Positions 1 through 11,648 of a stretch of DNA of 64,000 nucleotides are shown here, piece by piece (position 1 is the stretch's first letter; each line of letters begins with the position of its first letter). The position numbers were made by a program, and so were the translations under genes. Origin of the DNA: Hormiphora californensis (lineage: Eukaryota; Animalia; Ctenophora); contig CM035356.1 in the NCBI GenBank assembly GCA_020137815.1, positions 6,200,001 through 6,264,000 on the forward strand, in the 5' to 3' direction. The notes beneath the pieces are model-generated. The model made no database searches. It was not told where the DNA came from and saw nothing but the letters and a program-made list of their open reading frames with translations.

Positions 1-9
1 ACTAAAATT

Positions 10-910
10 AGGATAAAGGAATGATCTTTTTCCTGGTGTCGAACAAGGAAATCGTATATCATGACTTTATCAATCAATATTATATCTCTGATCTAATTAA
101 GGTCATCTTTGATCCCTACTAATGATTAGTTTATCGTACTGCATTTATTGATTATTCGACCAGCGACCCTAAACAAACATCCTGTTGTAAATATATACAG
201 CCAGCCTGAAATCCAAACCTAGACCCCAGAGCACTGGCCTGGCCTTATAGAACGGTGGTCAGAGTTACTCGAAATTAGAGTTACTAGGAATTACGGCCTC
301 CCTTGCACCTCCGGAGATCTCCTGGAGCTGGAGACGTCCCCGGGTGATCTCCTTGAGATCTCCCAGCTGGGGGATTATAATAGAAAAACCACCAAAGACG
401 AAATCTAGCACCAGAAAAGTGACTCAATAACAATTCTGACACACTTTTTTGGCAATGCATAACGTCCCGGGCGGTGCATCTATTATACAGGAACCGACCG
501 AAACACTGAAACAGGTCAACAACCAAACAGAACTCGTTATTTAGGTCACGTGACTGGTTATCAGCCAATCAGGGACCAGTATTTCCTGCATCTATTATAG
601 TTCCTCAGCTGGGACCTCACGGGGACGTCTCCAGGAGGTCTCCAGGAGGTGAGGCCGTTAGGATAAAGGAATGATATTGATAGTACGTGCTTTTGCTTGG
701 TCATATATTACATTGCAATATCATGACTTGATCAATCAAGATATATCTGATCTAATTAAGGTCATATTTGACCCTACTAACTAGTAGTTTATCGTACTGC
801 ATTTATTGATTATTGAACCCTAAGAAAACATTCCTACTGAAATTATACAGCCAGCCTGAAACCTAGACCCAAGAGCATTGGCCTGGCCCTACAGAACAGC
901 GGTCAGAGCA
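10..910 (+). repeat. Diverged ~250-bp direct repeat (10-264 and 660-908) flanking a small inverted-repeat element (~290-660)
   Basis: Shared blocks include AGGATAAAGGAATGAT, TCTGATCTAATTAAGGTCAT, AGTTTATCGTACTGCATTTATTGATTATT and TATACAGCCAGCCTGAAA. The internal arms ACGGCCTC..GGAGACGTCCCCG..TCCCAGCTG are inverted. Confidence 0.7.
488..588 (+). mobile_element. CAGGAA-family MITE copy (shortened 3' end)
   Basis: CAGGAACCGACCGAA...GTCACGTGAC...TTTCCTG flanked by the direct repeat CATCTATTATA. Confidence 0.8.
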
Positions 911-1214
911 TTGACTCAACCCCTAATCCCTAATTCGACCGGCATCCCTAAACAAACATCCTAAGCCCCTAATCACTATGAAACCAAAACCTGAAGATGC
1001 AGTTATAACATTCAAAAGTGACTAGCTCATTATATGTATAGATCCTCAAGTGCAACTGTAATTGGTAATTTATGGTTTCTAAGAACTATTAACTATGGAT
1101 TAAAATTTTGTAGACAGAAGTGTGATAAGAGGGGTGAACCAACGTCGACGACGCCCACTTTAGCCATTTAGTGTGTTTTTAATAAAAATTACGAATATAA
1201 TTTCTCAAAGTTAC

Positions 1215-1702
1215 CTTAATTGTATCGAATGGATGTCCAACTATAAGCCCCGCCGCCCCTGAAAAAAAGGAGTGTTAGTTTGGTGTACGTGATGTGTCGT
1301 GGTACCCGTTAGACAAACACAGGACACCACAGGAGCAGGAAGGCACAAGACAAACAGGGGAAGAGGCGGTATTTCTGTAATACAAAATGAAAGTCCAAGA
1401 GACACAGAATACGAGGGGAGTACCGGTATTAAAAATAACACGAATTCCTAAATAAATACTATGTTAAAATAAGCTGGGTATTACTCTTTACACCCATCGA
1501 ATGGAACATTGTACAAGTGAATTGAGACATGTGTGATTACCAGGAACCGACCGAATCAGGAGATACTGGTTCCTGATTGGCTGATAACCAGTCACGTGAC
1601 CTAAATAACGATTTCTGATTGGTTGTTTACTTGTTTCGGTCGGTTCCTGGTAGTGTGATTACCTGCAGCTGTGCCAGATATGAAACCGTCAATATGACTC
1701 AT
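1215..1702 (-). CDS. Mitochondrial carrier (SLC25 family, SLC25A29/A45/A20-like), first two coding exons; the rest is not resolved
   Basis: Exons 1702-1663 and 1258-1215 splice (GT-AG, phase 1) to MSHIDGFISGTAAGAAGLIVGHPFDTIK, which contains the carrier signature PxDxxK. Confidence 0.85.
1541..1649 (-). mobile_element. CAGGAA-family MITE copy (~110 bp, hAT-like termini)
   Basis: TIR CAGGAACCGACCGAA/TTCGGTCGGTTCCTG, with GTGTGATTAC duplicated in the flanks. Confidence 0.85.
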
Positions 1703-1995
1703 TCTAGCTCATTTCCTTGGTCTTCTTCTTTTCAGTGCAGAATAACTTGCACAATTCGTTTCGTTGTAGATTAGTTATGTGCCGCGTGTGGCAAGGGGTC
1801 CTCACACGCAATTATCTCAGTTTGAGCAGATTGATCAACAACAAAATAGGTCGTGTGATTAAGTTCTTGCTGGCCCTAAGCTTAAATAGTGGCAGGCTTG
1901 AGATTAATTAAATGTCGTCACATCAGGATATAACCCGGATATATCAGATAATCAGGCCCTGATATCCTGAATTGTCTTACGGGCGATAGCCTATC

Positions 1996-3172
1996 TAGAC
2001 CAGTCATATGATGCATGATAGGGAACATAATTGATCTAAATGTGATTCCACTTCTAGGGCACTCCAATAGGTCCCTAGAACCACCAAAAAAATTTGTCAC
2101 TCTTCATCAAATGAATAAATAATAAATAAACAAGGAAGTGAAACTAGAGGGTTCTGTACAGAGTTTCTCTTTACTATTCACATCATTTACATTCTAAAAA
2201 ATGTGGTTTTTGGGCCACGCCCTTATACCTGTATTTTCAGTCATGTGGTCAAAACTGAAAACCATCTTAGGAAACGAGTAGAGAAGAAATCAAGGGCACT
2301 AAAGTGTGTAGCGTCCTCGCATTAGTGGGGGTAGGTGCCGGAATTAAGTCTCTATCTCATCTGGTTAATTAGATAATTGGATAATTAGGCATGCGCATAA
2401 CCGTTTTTTGGCTATATGGCTATAGCCACTTATAAATGGTTTAGAGACTTTTCACTGGTGCCATTTTGTAGGCAATGGCCAAGTTATGGGGGTCGACGTC
2501 GGACTTTTAAGCTCTATCTTCAACCGTTTAGCCGTTATTTAGCTTTTAAGGTGCTGAAAATGAGCAAAAAACGGGAAAAAGCCCGATTTTTACTCATTTT
2601 CAGCACCTTTGAATCGAAATAACGGCTAAACGGTTGGAGATAGAGCTTAAAAGTCCGACGTCGACCCCCCATAACTTGGCCATTGCCTACAAAATGGCAC
2701 CAGTGAAAAGTCTCTAAACCATTTATAAGTGGCTATAGCCATATAGCCAAAAAACGGTTATGCGCATGCCTAATTATCCAATTATCTAATTAACCAGATG
2801 AGATAGAGACTTAATTCCGGCACCTACCCCCACTAATGCGAGGACGCTACACACTTTAGTGCCCTTGATTTCTTCTCTACTCGTTTCCTAAGATGGTTTT
2901 CAGTTTTGACCACATGACTGAAAATACAGGTATAAGGGCGTGGCCCAAAAACCACATTTTTTAGAATGTAAATGATGTGAATAGTAAAGAGAAACTCTGT
3001 ACAGAACCCTCTAGTTTCACTTCCTTGTTTATTTATTATTTATTCATTTGATGAAGAGTGACAAATTTTTTTGGTGGTTCTAGGGACCTATTGGAGTGCC
3101 CTAGAAGTGGAATCACATTTAGATCAATTATGTTTTTTTTCGGTCCAAAACCGACATCATATGACTGGTCTA
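1996..3172. mobile_element. Long foldback/palindromic element, arms ~550-580 bp, centre ~2578
   Basis: ~2024-2570 is the near-perfect reverse complement of ~2585-3134; ORFs 1918-2100(-) and 3058-3252(+) share the same N-terminus. Confidence 0.85.
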
Positions 3173-4705
3173 ATCCTCAATTCTCAAAATACTTATTATC
3201 CGGGCTATCCGAGCCTCTATCCTTCCAGGAACCGGAGATATATCAGATATAAGATATGCAAAATCAAGGGTAGGCAGGGAGTTTAAAAAACAATCTGACT
3301 TTAACTATAAAACCATTTAAGCCTGCCATATCAAAACTTGATTATTAGTTCATCCCTAGCCCTGACTCGCCGTAAAGAGCTGTGATTGCTTGACATACGC
3401 TACAAGCCCCTCGGTGTGATGGTTATAATATGGCACAAGCTAACGTGACTGCTAGCAACACTCAAGTCTCAACAGAGACATCCAGAACTGAAGTTTTAAA
3501 GTCTTTTTAAAAACTCGGTGGGACGGTTTTTTATTTGGAAAAATCTGATCTCGCCAATTTGTTACGCGCGGCGCCGCGCGCAGTACTATTTTGAAAGCAC
3601 GCGCGTAATATAATTGCGCGTGCAAATTTTTGTTCAATTTGCCATCGCCATTTTTTGACAACTGGCGGCCGGCGTCCCGATCTGACAACACATTGAGTAC
3701 TATTAAAACGCTCTCTTCTTTTCATAAAAGTGAATGTGACATACACAGTTAGATGTTGAAATGTGTACACCACACAACTGACCTCCTCCCTTGCTTTCTT
3801 TTCTCATTCTGGCCACAAGAATATAATAAGTTATATTATAACACACTATTCATGATCCAGATCAAGTCTATTCGACTGTCAACACGATAAACAGAAGGAG
3901 ATATAATATAGATACCAGCAGTTATATAAACGATAAAATCCAACAAGTGGGTATAAATCGCTAAACTGATTCAATACCTGTCTCTGCCTTATAATAGGAC
4001 TCACCAGCCAAGGGTCACCCCCGGCCTTCCTCTCTCTCACACCCCATCACGCCCGGCGACGGAGGTATTAAAAAAGAGAGAAACATAAACCGTTAAAAAG
4101 TCCCCTATCCCTCAAAAGAGAGGGTGAAGTTTCTTTGTTGTGTGTGAAAGTGCATACAAAACACAAAATACAAACCGACATAATAAAAGTATCACTTCCT
4201 GCCCCTAAAAAAGAGCGGTTACTGGACACCGGATAACGACTGGCGATAAAATCCAATTCCGCCCAGCGAGAGAGTAGAAATTTGTTCAGTGGTCTGTCCA
4301 ATGGAATATATATCATGTACTTACAACAGTTACTCAGTACTTACACAAAAACGGGGTCAAAGTCAGTGTCATGTTTTGGGAAAAGTTCTCTCTCGCTGGG
4401 AGGTTGGCTGCCTAAACTTTATATGGAGATATATATGAAAACACGAGTACACGTCAATAAATAAACCCTTAGATAAATTAGTCGGATGTAGCACACAGCG
4501 TAACAACTTAAAAAAGTTTCTAAATAAATTATGTGTTTTAATAAATTAAAAAAAGGGGGCGAACTACCACCAGCACGCAGCCCCAACCTGCTACTCCATT
4601 GACTGGGCAACTTGCCCAAATATATAAATCTGATGTATAACGACCAGTATAATAAGACGTCCAGAGCGGAGGGGACTGAGAAGTGAGGTGGTATTTCGAA
4701 AGCAC

Positions 4706-7700
4706 CTAATATGGCTCCTCTTTCAACCGTGTTGCGTTTAGGTAGGTACTAGCATCTGGCATCACTTGACCTGAAATGTAAGAGGGAAGTTAAGAAAATG
4801 TAAGAGTGATGTCACTGTACATAATGTCTGTTATAATAGTCACCCACTCCAACACAACGAAACACTTGATCTACCGAACCTTCACAGAGCGCACAAGGAA
4901 CTGTAAGCTGAACCGGACACCCCCGTGGCCGTCCCCCACACACACATAGCATACTTTTGTGTGTAAGTGGATAACACAACAAATGAAGCCCCTGTCTCAC
5001 AGACACCGTCTCCTTTTGGGGGGAATGAATACCCCTTCTTCCGGGTAGGAACTGAGGCCCCCACACAAGTGCACACAGCAGCAGTGTAACGCTACTCGGC
5101 TCCCGCTTTACACACACATTTCACCACGTGTTGAAACACAGGGAGGGAGAGCGCCGCGCAGTCAACGTTGCTGCGCGCCCGCCCCGAGTACTTTCTTTGT
5201 GTCCGAGGTTCCCTCGCGCTACACGAACCGGTGCAGTGTTGTGAGACAGTGGCAACCACGCTATGCTAAGAGAGGGGGGAACACATTCGATATGTGTATG
5301 TGACCTCACCCCCACACACTATAATTCCCTCTGTGTGTTTTCTTACCGGAGGGAGCTTTGAACGTAGACACACACATTTCCTTTCCTCTAAAGTTGATGT
5401 TGACATCAGGGACCTTGGCAATTCGTTGCCGTTGGGGGAACACTAGCTCGCCCTTTTTCAGCTAGGGGAATATGTGTGTGTAAGAGGATTATGTGTGCAT
5501 GCCACACCTTATATTCATATGTCCCAATCTCCCTCTCTGTCTCTCTCAGGTCTCTCTCCCTGTCCCTTTCGGTGACTCTCTGTCGCTATATCCCTTTCTC
5601 TCCAGTTCCCTTATTATATATCTCTCTGTCTCTCTCACTCACCCTCTCTCCTCACTCTCTATCTCTATCTCTCTCTGTCTCGCTTACCTGTTTAACAAAC
5701 TTGTAGGGCCGTTTTAGGGCTGAGGATTTGGCATTCTCAAGCTGATCAAGATCCTTTAAAGCCCTAACTCTCTGGGCCTCCAGCGTCATAAACGTGTTTA
5801 GCATTAGCTGGTACCTGGATAATTGAAGCAGTTTTAGAGAGCAGGTCGAGCAAGTTTTCAGTGTCAGGGTTGCCTTACTTGACACTGTTTCCGGGTTTGA
5901 ACAGTGTCAGAGTTGTGACAACTGATATACTAGGAAGGGGATGTAAACACACAGACTATCTCTTCCTTATTCTCTGTCATCATGACACACTCTGTTGTTA
6001 ATGATATGGGCAATTGTAATATATCAGGGTCAATAAAGTCCGAACTTATTGACCCTAATATACACAGAGTCTCAATTGTCCACATATAATACATCATTTA
6101 TCATTACGAGACTCATAGTATAAATTTGGACAACTCAACAATTAATTCATGATACACTGGTACCCAAGAGTAGAATCTGATAGAGATTAGTGATAAAAGT
6201 GATAACAGTATAATATCTGATTACTGATAACCGGTTGCCTTATTGTTGAACAAAACAAATAACCGTTAAATGAACAGCACCACATACGTTTCAGAGATTT
6301 TTAGGACTTCTGGGTCCGATTCAAAGAGAGGTTTTTCAATAGAGCAATACATATGGTTCTGAAAGAACATGTCCAATAGGTGCTTAGTGTCCCGCCTCTT
6401 GCACTTCGAATCTCTTACCCTGTAGGGAATGATAAGGGTGAGTGAAACCAAAAGGGGAGAGAGAGATAAATATATAGCACTTGGAGAGAGATACTAGATA
6501 GACCTTAGAGAGAGAAATAGATAGACCTTGGAGAGAGATAAATAGATAGACCTTGGAGAGAGATAAATAGATAGACCTTGGAGAGAGATAATATCTATAG
6601 TCATTACACTGCCAAGCAGGTGATAACTTACACTTTCTGCGGCTTGTACGGGGGCAATTCAATCTTCGCTTTCGGTATAGGACAGGACCATTGCTTGTGC
6701 CCAGCAACTCTGTGGTAGATAATGGGAGTGTTATAATCAGTGTGGTAGATAATAGGGGTGTTAGGAATGTGGTGATGCAGTAATATCCCAGATCTAGCGA
6801 ACCCTCACAGACGCTTAAGTCGGATTTTTTGAAACTGTCACCCCAAAATGACCGCGCATGTGAAATTTATCAAATTTGACGCGCACACCACACGTTAACA
6901 TGTGATGTGACGCGCAAAAACATTCCGCGCACGAAAAGGGGGGTGACAGTTTCAAAAAATCGGACTTTATGAGCCACACAACTCACACAGAGCGCGGTGT
7001 GAGCCACACAGAGCGCGGTGTGAGCCACACAACTCACACAGAGCGCGGTGTGAGCCACACAAACCTTTGAAGAGGGTCACAGTTTGTTTTAATGTTCGGT
7101 TTAACAAAGTTTGATTTGGCGGGTAACTTGGGTGCGTTGGAGTTGGCATTGAGCTTGAGTTGTTGAGTTTGTACCATTTGGTTCCCTGTTTCCCTTGCCT
7201 CCTCTCCCATCACATTCACCTGTGTAAAACACATGTTAATTAATTAATTAACTTAATTAATCAATTTAATTAATTAGCAGTTGTACAGGTGTGCAGGTGT
7301 GTACCAGTCACAGCAGAACCACAGAAGTGAGAAGTAACGGACAATAAGTTGGAATGTAACCAGTAATTCGACACCCCTTCCATACATATTTGTAAGGATG
7401 AGGTCATCCGGCTCCAAAATAAAACACTAAAAAAGTAACACAACTTACCGGGTTTGTCGAGTGTTTGATGCTTGCTTGTTTTTTAACGTCCTTCAGTTTC
7501 CGAGACATGAATTCGTCGTCTATTTTTGGCCTATCACAGGGTCCATATCGCACTCCAAACATCCTAGGACCTCGCTCCATCGAACCGATAACTGCTCCCT
7601 CCTTTTTACGAGTCATGGCATCTTTCCTGAGGAGCAGTATGTGATTAAAAGAGGTGTCCTAGAAATAGCAAGCACGCTGTCGTCACAGTGCAGGTAGGTC

Positions 7701-9222
7701 GAACTGTTCGTATAAAAGCACGATCAGTTCAACGGATAGGAGAATTACAAAAGAGGCTTACTTTTCAATTTCAATAATTTCCTTCTCTCTGTCCTTCAGA
7801 ATTTCCTCCTTTTTCTCCTTAAACTGCTTCACCACATTTTTCTTTGTTTTTTCCGGTTCAACCTCTGAAACGGGCGGTTCCTCCTCCTCGGCTATTATCG
7901 GCTCCATTTCTTCATCTAGTACTTCCTGTTTTGGTTTTTCCGGAGAGGTAGTTATATCAATAACTTTCTCACGTTCAATCTGAAAAAGAGAGAGTTTTAG
8001 TTGTAGCCTAATTCAAAAAGCTCATGCTGTACTTCTCAAAACATTTTCATTTTTAATTATTTCACACTACCCCCCGTACTTACCCCCAGACACTACCCCC
8101 AGACTTACCGGTGTAACTTTGCAGACTTGGGATCTCTTGTAATCTCGCCTCATGGGAGACACACTACTACTGCTGCTCAACCTTCTCTTAGATTTCAGGG
8201 AGGAGGAGCCTCGACCAGGGCTGAAAGACTGCCGGCGAGGCGAGGGAGTGGTGCCAAACATTTGGTGTCTAGGGGAGGGGTTGCTACTAAACATTTGATG
8301 TCTAGGACTGGGGTCTGCACTGCTGCCGCTGCTACTAAATATCTGGTCTGAATTTTCAGTGAATGTCTGGTGCCGGGGAGAGGGATCCGTGCTACCGCTG
8401 CTTGTAGAATAAGCGGGACTTGGCGCTATAATGGCCGCCTGGGGGAAATAGAGATTGTTATAATTGGGGAGGAGACGTTTGAGACAATCATTAGGGGAAC
8501 CCTTTGTTATGTTCTAAACCTCCTCTCTCGCCGGCACGAAGATAGAGGGTCGAATAAGACAAGGGAGCCCCCTAAAACAATCTCAGGTTGATTATTATAT
8601 GTATATAATGGGGGTGGTATGTTTACCTGTTTACTTTCCTCTGCTGTCACGTAGTCAGTTGGAAGGTTGAGGAAGTAATCAGCGCTTGACATGTCAATAT
8701 CACTAGCAAAGTCCCCACTAGGGCTGGATCCCACACTTCCTGGACCCATCGAAATACTGTTGGACATCCGGAGACGCAGCTTGAGGGATTCACGCCGCAC
8801 CTGTTAGTGTGTCATTGATCAGTTTCATATGAAAATATGCGATGGAGAGTAACATTAATTAATTAATCAATTAATTAATTAAATATTAAACAAACCTTCT
8901 CCAGAGGCAGCAATCACAAACAAACAAACAACAAACCTTCTTTTCATTTCCAATAATTTCATAACTACTCGGTGAGAAATCGAAGAAGTCGTTTGACGGT
9001 GAGAGTGGAAAATCGCCAAAATCACCAAAATCACTATAGTCACTGAGAGATTGGGGGATATGGATGTTAAAACGTTGCCACCAGGATAGTTCATTGAGGG
9101 GGCCGTCTTATTCACCTTGAGGGTACACTTTCTTCAGGAAAGAAAGAGTCGTGGAGAGATCTAGTGGAGCTCAGATCGTCTGTGAGTCCCAGAACCTCGG
9201 GATGAGGAAGGAGGAAGGTCAT
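4706..9222 (-). CDS. ZZZ3-like protein (~594 aa, 12 exons) with the conserved ZZZ3 coiled-coil block but no SANT or ZZ domain
   Basis: Phase-consistent exons 9222-9116, 9042-8937, 8800-8627, 8438-8109, 7979-7762, 7626-7449, 7219-7065, 6709-6632, 6419-6288, 5814-5688, 5461-5347, 4770-4706. The block LFESDPEVLKISETYQLMLNTFMTLEAQRVRALKDLDQLENAKSSALKRPYKFVKQLKKGELVFPQRQRIAKVPDV resembles ZZZ3 FESDHVALK..DYQRLL..LEAQR.QA..DL...ALKNP..FV.KL....LP.PQRV..LP (recalled). Confidence 0.7.
6455..6590. repeat. Intronic minisatellite (AGACCTTGGAGAGAGATAAATAGAT)n
   Basis: About 5 tandem units of ~25 bp. Confidence 0.8.
6970..7062. repeat. Intronic tandem repeat abutting a splice donor
   Basis: GAGCCACACA(ACTCACACA)GAGCGCGGTGT units ending at the donor of exon 7219-7065. 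Confidence 0.75.
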
Positions 9223-9931
9223 TTCAGAGACATTCTATGGATATATTAGTTGGTGGTTAATGTATTAGTTAGTGGTTAAACATCAATCAATGATGGGCCC
9301 GTCGATCCTTTTCTCTCTCAAGCTGACATTTGCTTTGTTCAAACCCGGTGAAATAGGGTCGAGCAAGGTAAAATCACAGGTGTCAAAAAGTGGTTAGTCA
9401 AGGTTTGAGATGGGATTAAATCTTGCCTAGGGTGATATGATCTAACCCTATGCCGAAAACAAACTGAACTAAATAGGTTTTAGGCCCTCACTCGGGGTTT
9501 ATGATGTTCCCACTGTCATAGCCCTTACGCTGAGCGCAACTTGAAGTTTGAACCTAACAAATACCCCACTTTTGGGCCTATGCATTGTTACTTGTTAGTG
9601 CTAGGAGAACGCCGTTTTGATCGGTCGATCGAAGCAGCGCCCCCACCGCTAACAAGCCTACTGAAACGAAACTTTCCCTGGACACTGCTTGTGGGGGGTT
9701 TCACTCCCCCACGCCCCCTGACCGAGGCTGCCGCCCCTGGACCCGGACACAAAGGGACTTGCTGGGCCGAAGGCCCAGTGCCGTCAGCCGTCCATGAGCG
9801 AAACCAGCTCATTTCCGAGGTTACTCATGGGTTCATACCGGCGTGGCTTTCTCACAGAGACCCCACGGCCCAGTGTAAAAACTTAATTCTCCAAAACCTT
9901 AACCACCTCTCAGCGAATCTTCCCAACGTAA

Positions 9932-10161
9932 AGTCTGATTTTAAATAACTGTCGTTTTTACCGCACTCGATTTTGCTCTATTATGACAATAACTCCGGTT
10001 CCTGATGAGATAAAGACTTGAAACTTGGGGGTTGCGAAGAACATGCTAAGTTCTTCCTAATCTCCAAATTTCAAGTCTCTATCTTATCAGGAACTGGAGA
10101 TATTGTCATAATAGAGCAAAATCGAGTGCGGTAAAAAACGACAGTTATTTAAAATCGGACT
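9932..10161. mobile_element. MITE with ~95-bp TIRs
   Basis: AGTCTGATTTTAAATAACTGTCGTTTTTACCGCACTCGATTTTGCTCTATTATGACAATA... is inverted at ...ACAGTTATTTAAAATCGGACT. Confidence 0.85.
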
Positions 10162-10220
10162 ATAGAGGGCGGACGCGGGACGCTAGAAGTGGGAAACCGG
10201 AAAGTCAAAAGAAGCGAACT

Positions 10221-11648
10221 GTGTGGGAAAAAAAGCAAAGTAAAATTACAGGGTGTCCTACTCTCTCCGGATTCCCCCTCAGCCACCTGCTGTGGGCAGA
10301 CGATCTTGTTTTACTAGCTACCAACCCGGTCACCGCCCAAAAACTCCTCGATGTGCTCGGCAAGTTCTGCAAAGACTGGGGGTTAGAAATCAATGTGGGG
10401 AAAACTAAGACACTGGTTTTCAATGCTGAGCACTTGGACGGCCCCCTTCCCCAGCTCAAACTCGGCTCAAACCTATTGGAGAAGACGTCCGAGTACTGTT
10501 ACCTTGGTATCAACCTTCAAGCGGACGGCAAGTACAAGAAGCCCCAAGCTGACCTCTGCACTAAGGCAACTAGAGCCGTGTACTCGCTCAAGAAGGCAAT
10601 TAGGAGAGACGTTATATCCACCAAGAGCCTTTTTATCCTCTTTGACACCCTCATCAAACCTATCCTGTTCTATGGCGGCCCAATCTGGTCACCCAGGGCT
10701 TACAACATCTGCAAAATTCTAGGTACTAGCATGAGCAGCCGCACCAGTTTGAAGAGAATTGCAGCAGATCCCACTGAGAAGGTACACATCAGTTTCCTGA
10801 AGTGGGCGCTGGGGGTCAACAGGAGGACCTCTAACGTGGCTGTATGGAAGCTTGCCGGACGCCAGCCTCTCGCTCTAGACAGGATAAGGCACACTCTATC
10901 CTTTCTCAAGAGGCTCCAAACTATGGATAGCTCATGTCTAGCCAAGCGAGCTCTTACTGAACAAGAGAAGTACCACCTACCTTGGTTCAAGTCTATATTG
11001 CCCCTCCTCCAGCTGGATGAGATCTATCGGTTACCTCACATGGACGCCGCTCGAATCATTAGAGATCCCAAAGCAGTCCCACCACCACCCCCTAACCCTG
11101 TCGCCTCTCCCGACCCTCCTCTTGCATCAGGCTGGTTTAGACCCTGGAAGGTGAACAACATCCTCAGCTGTGCTTTTCGATCCTGTTTAGACGAGGCAGC
11201 AAACTCGCAATCCAAGCTCTCCTTCTTTAAGCGGGTGATACTGGATTTCTCTCCAGCCAAGTATCTACATACCGTATCCAACTACGGAAACAGAACCGCC
11301 CTTAACCGTTTTCTTACTAGCTCCCACCATCTTGCAATCGAAAGAGGTCGCTACTCGAGTATCCCTAGGGACAAAAGAATTTGTTCCTGGTGTAATGGAA
11401 TCGGCTTGTCTCTTGTGGAAGACGAGGAACACCTCCTATTCACCTGTCTTCAGTACATAACCCCCAGAATCAAGATGTCTGACGACCTGAGAAAACATGG
11501 CCTAGCGATTCCAAACTCTACTGATGACCTGACTCATACCCTGAACCACCCTATTGCATCTAACATTCTGGCTCAATATGTTAACACATCTCTCACTCTG
11601 AGAGGTCGGGGGGACTCGTTGCAGGAGGGCGCGCCGTCTCACCCCTAG
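10221..11648 (+). CDS. 5'-truncated non-LTR retrotransposon ORF2: RT C-terminal part plus C-terminal Cys/His domain (CR1/L2 group)
   Basis: RT motifs LLWADDLVL, INVGKTK and YCYLGI; C-terminal LAIERGRY..RICSWC..VEDEEHLLFTC. Confidence 0.9.
   Translation: MWEKKQSKITGCPTLSGFPLSHLLWADDLVLLATNPVTAQKLLDVLGKFCKDWGLEINVGKTKTLVFNAEHLDGPLPQLKLGSNLLEKTSEYCYLGINLQADGKYKKPQADLCTKATRAVYSLKKAIRRDVISTKSLFILFDTLIKPILFYGGPIWSPRAYNICKILGTSMSSRTSLKRIAADPTEKVHISFLKWALGVNRRTSNVAVWKLAGRQPLALDRIRHTLSFLKRLQTMDSSCLAKRALTEQEKYHLPWFKSILPLLQLDEIYRLPHMDAARIIRDPKAVPPPPPNPVASPDPPLASGWFRPWKVNNILSCAFRSCLDEAANSQSKLSFFKRVILDFSPAKYLHTVSNYGNRTALNRFLTSSHHLAIERGRYSSIPRDKRICSWCNGIGLSLVEDEEHLLFTCLQYITPRIKMSDDLRKHGLAIPNSTDDLTHTLNHPIASNILAQYVNTSLTLRGRGDSLQEGAPSHP

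Noticed and set aside
9541-9948. 135-aa ORF / GC-rich segment
   Set aside because: No domain similarity or splice support; likely promoter or repeat sequence.
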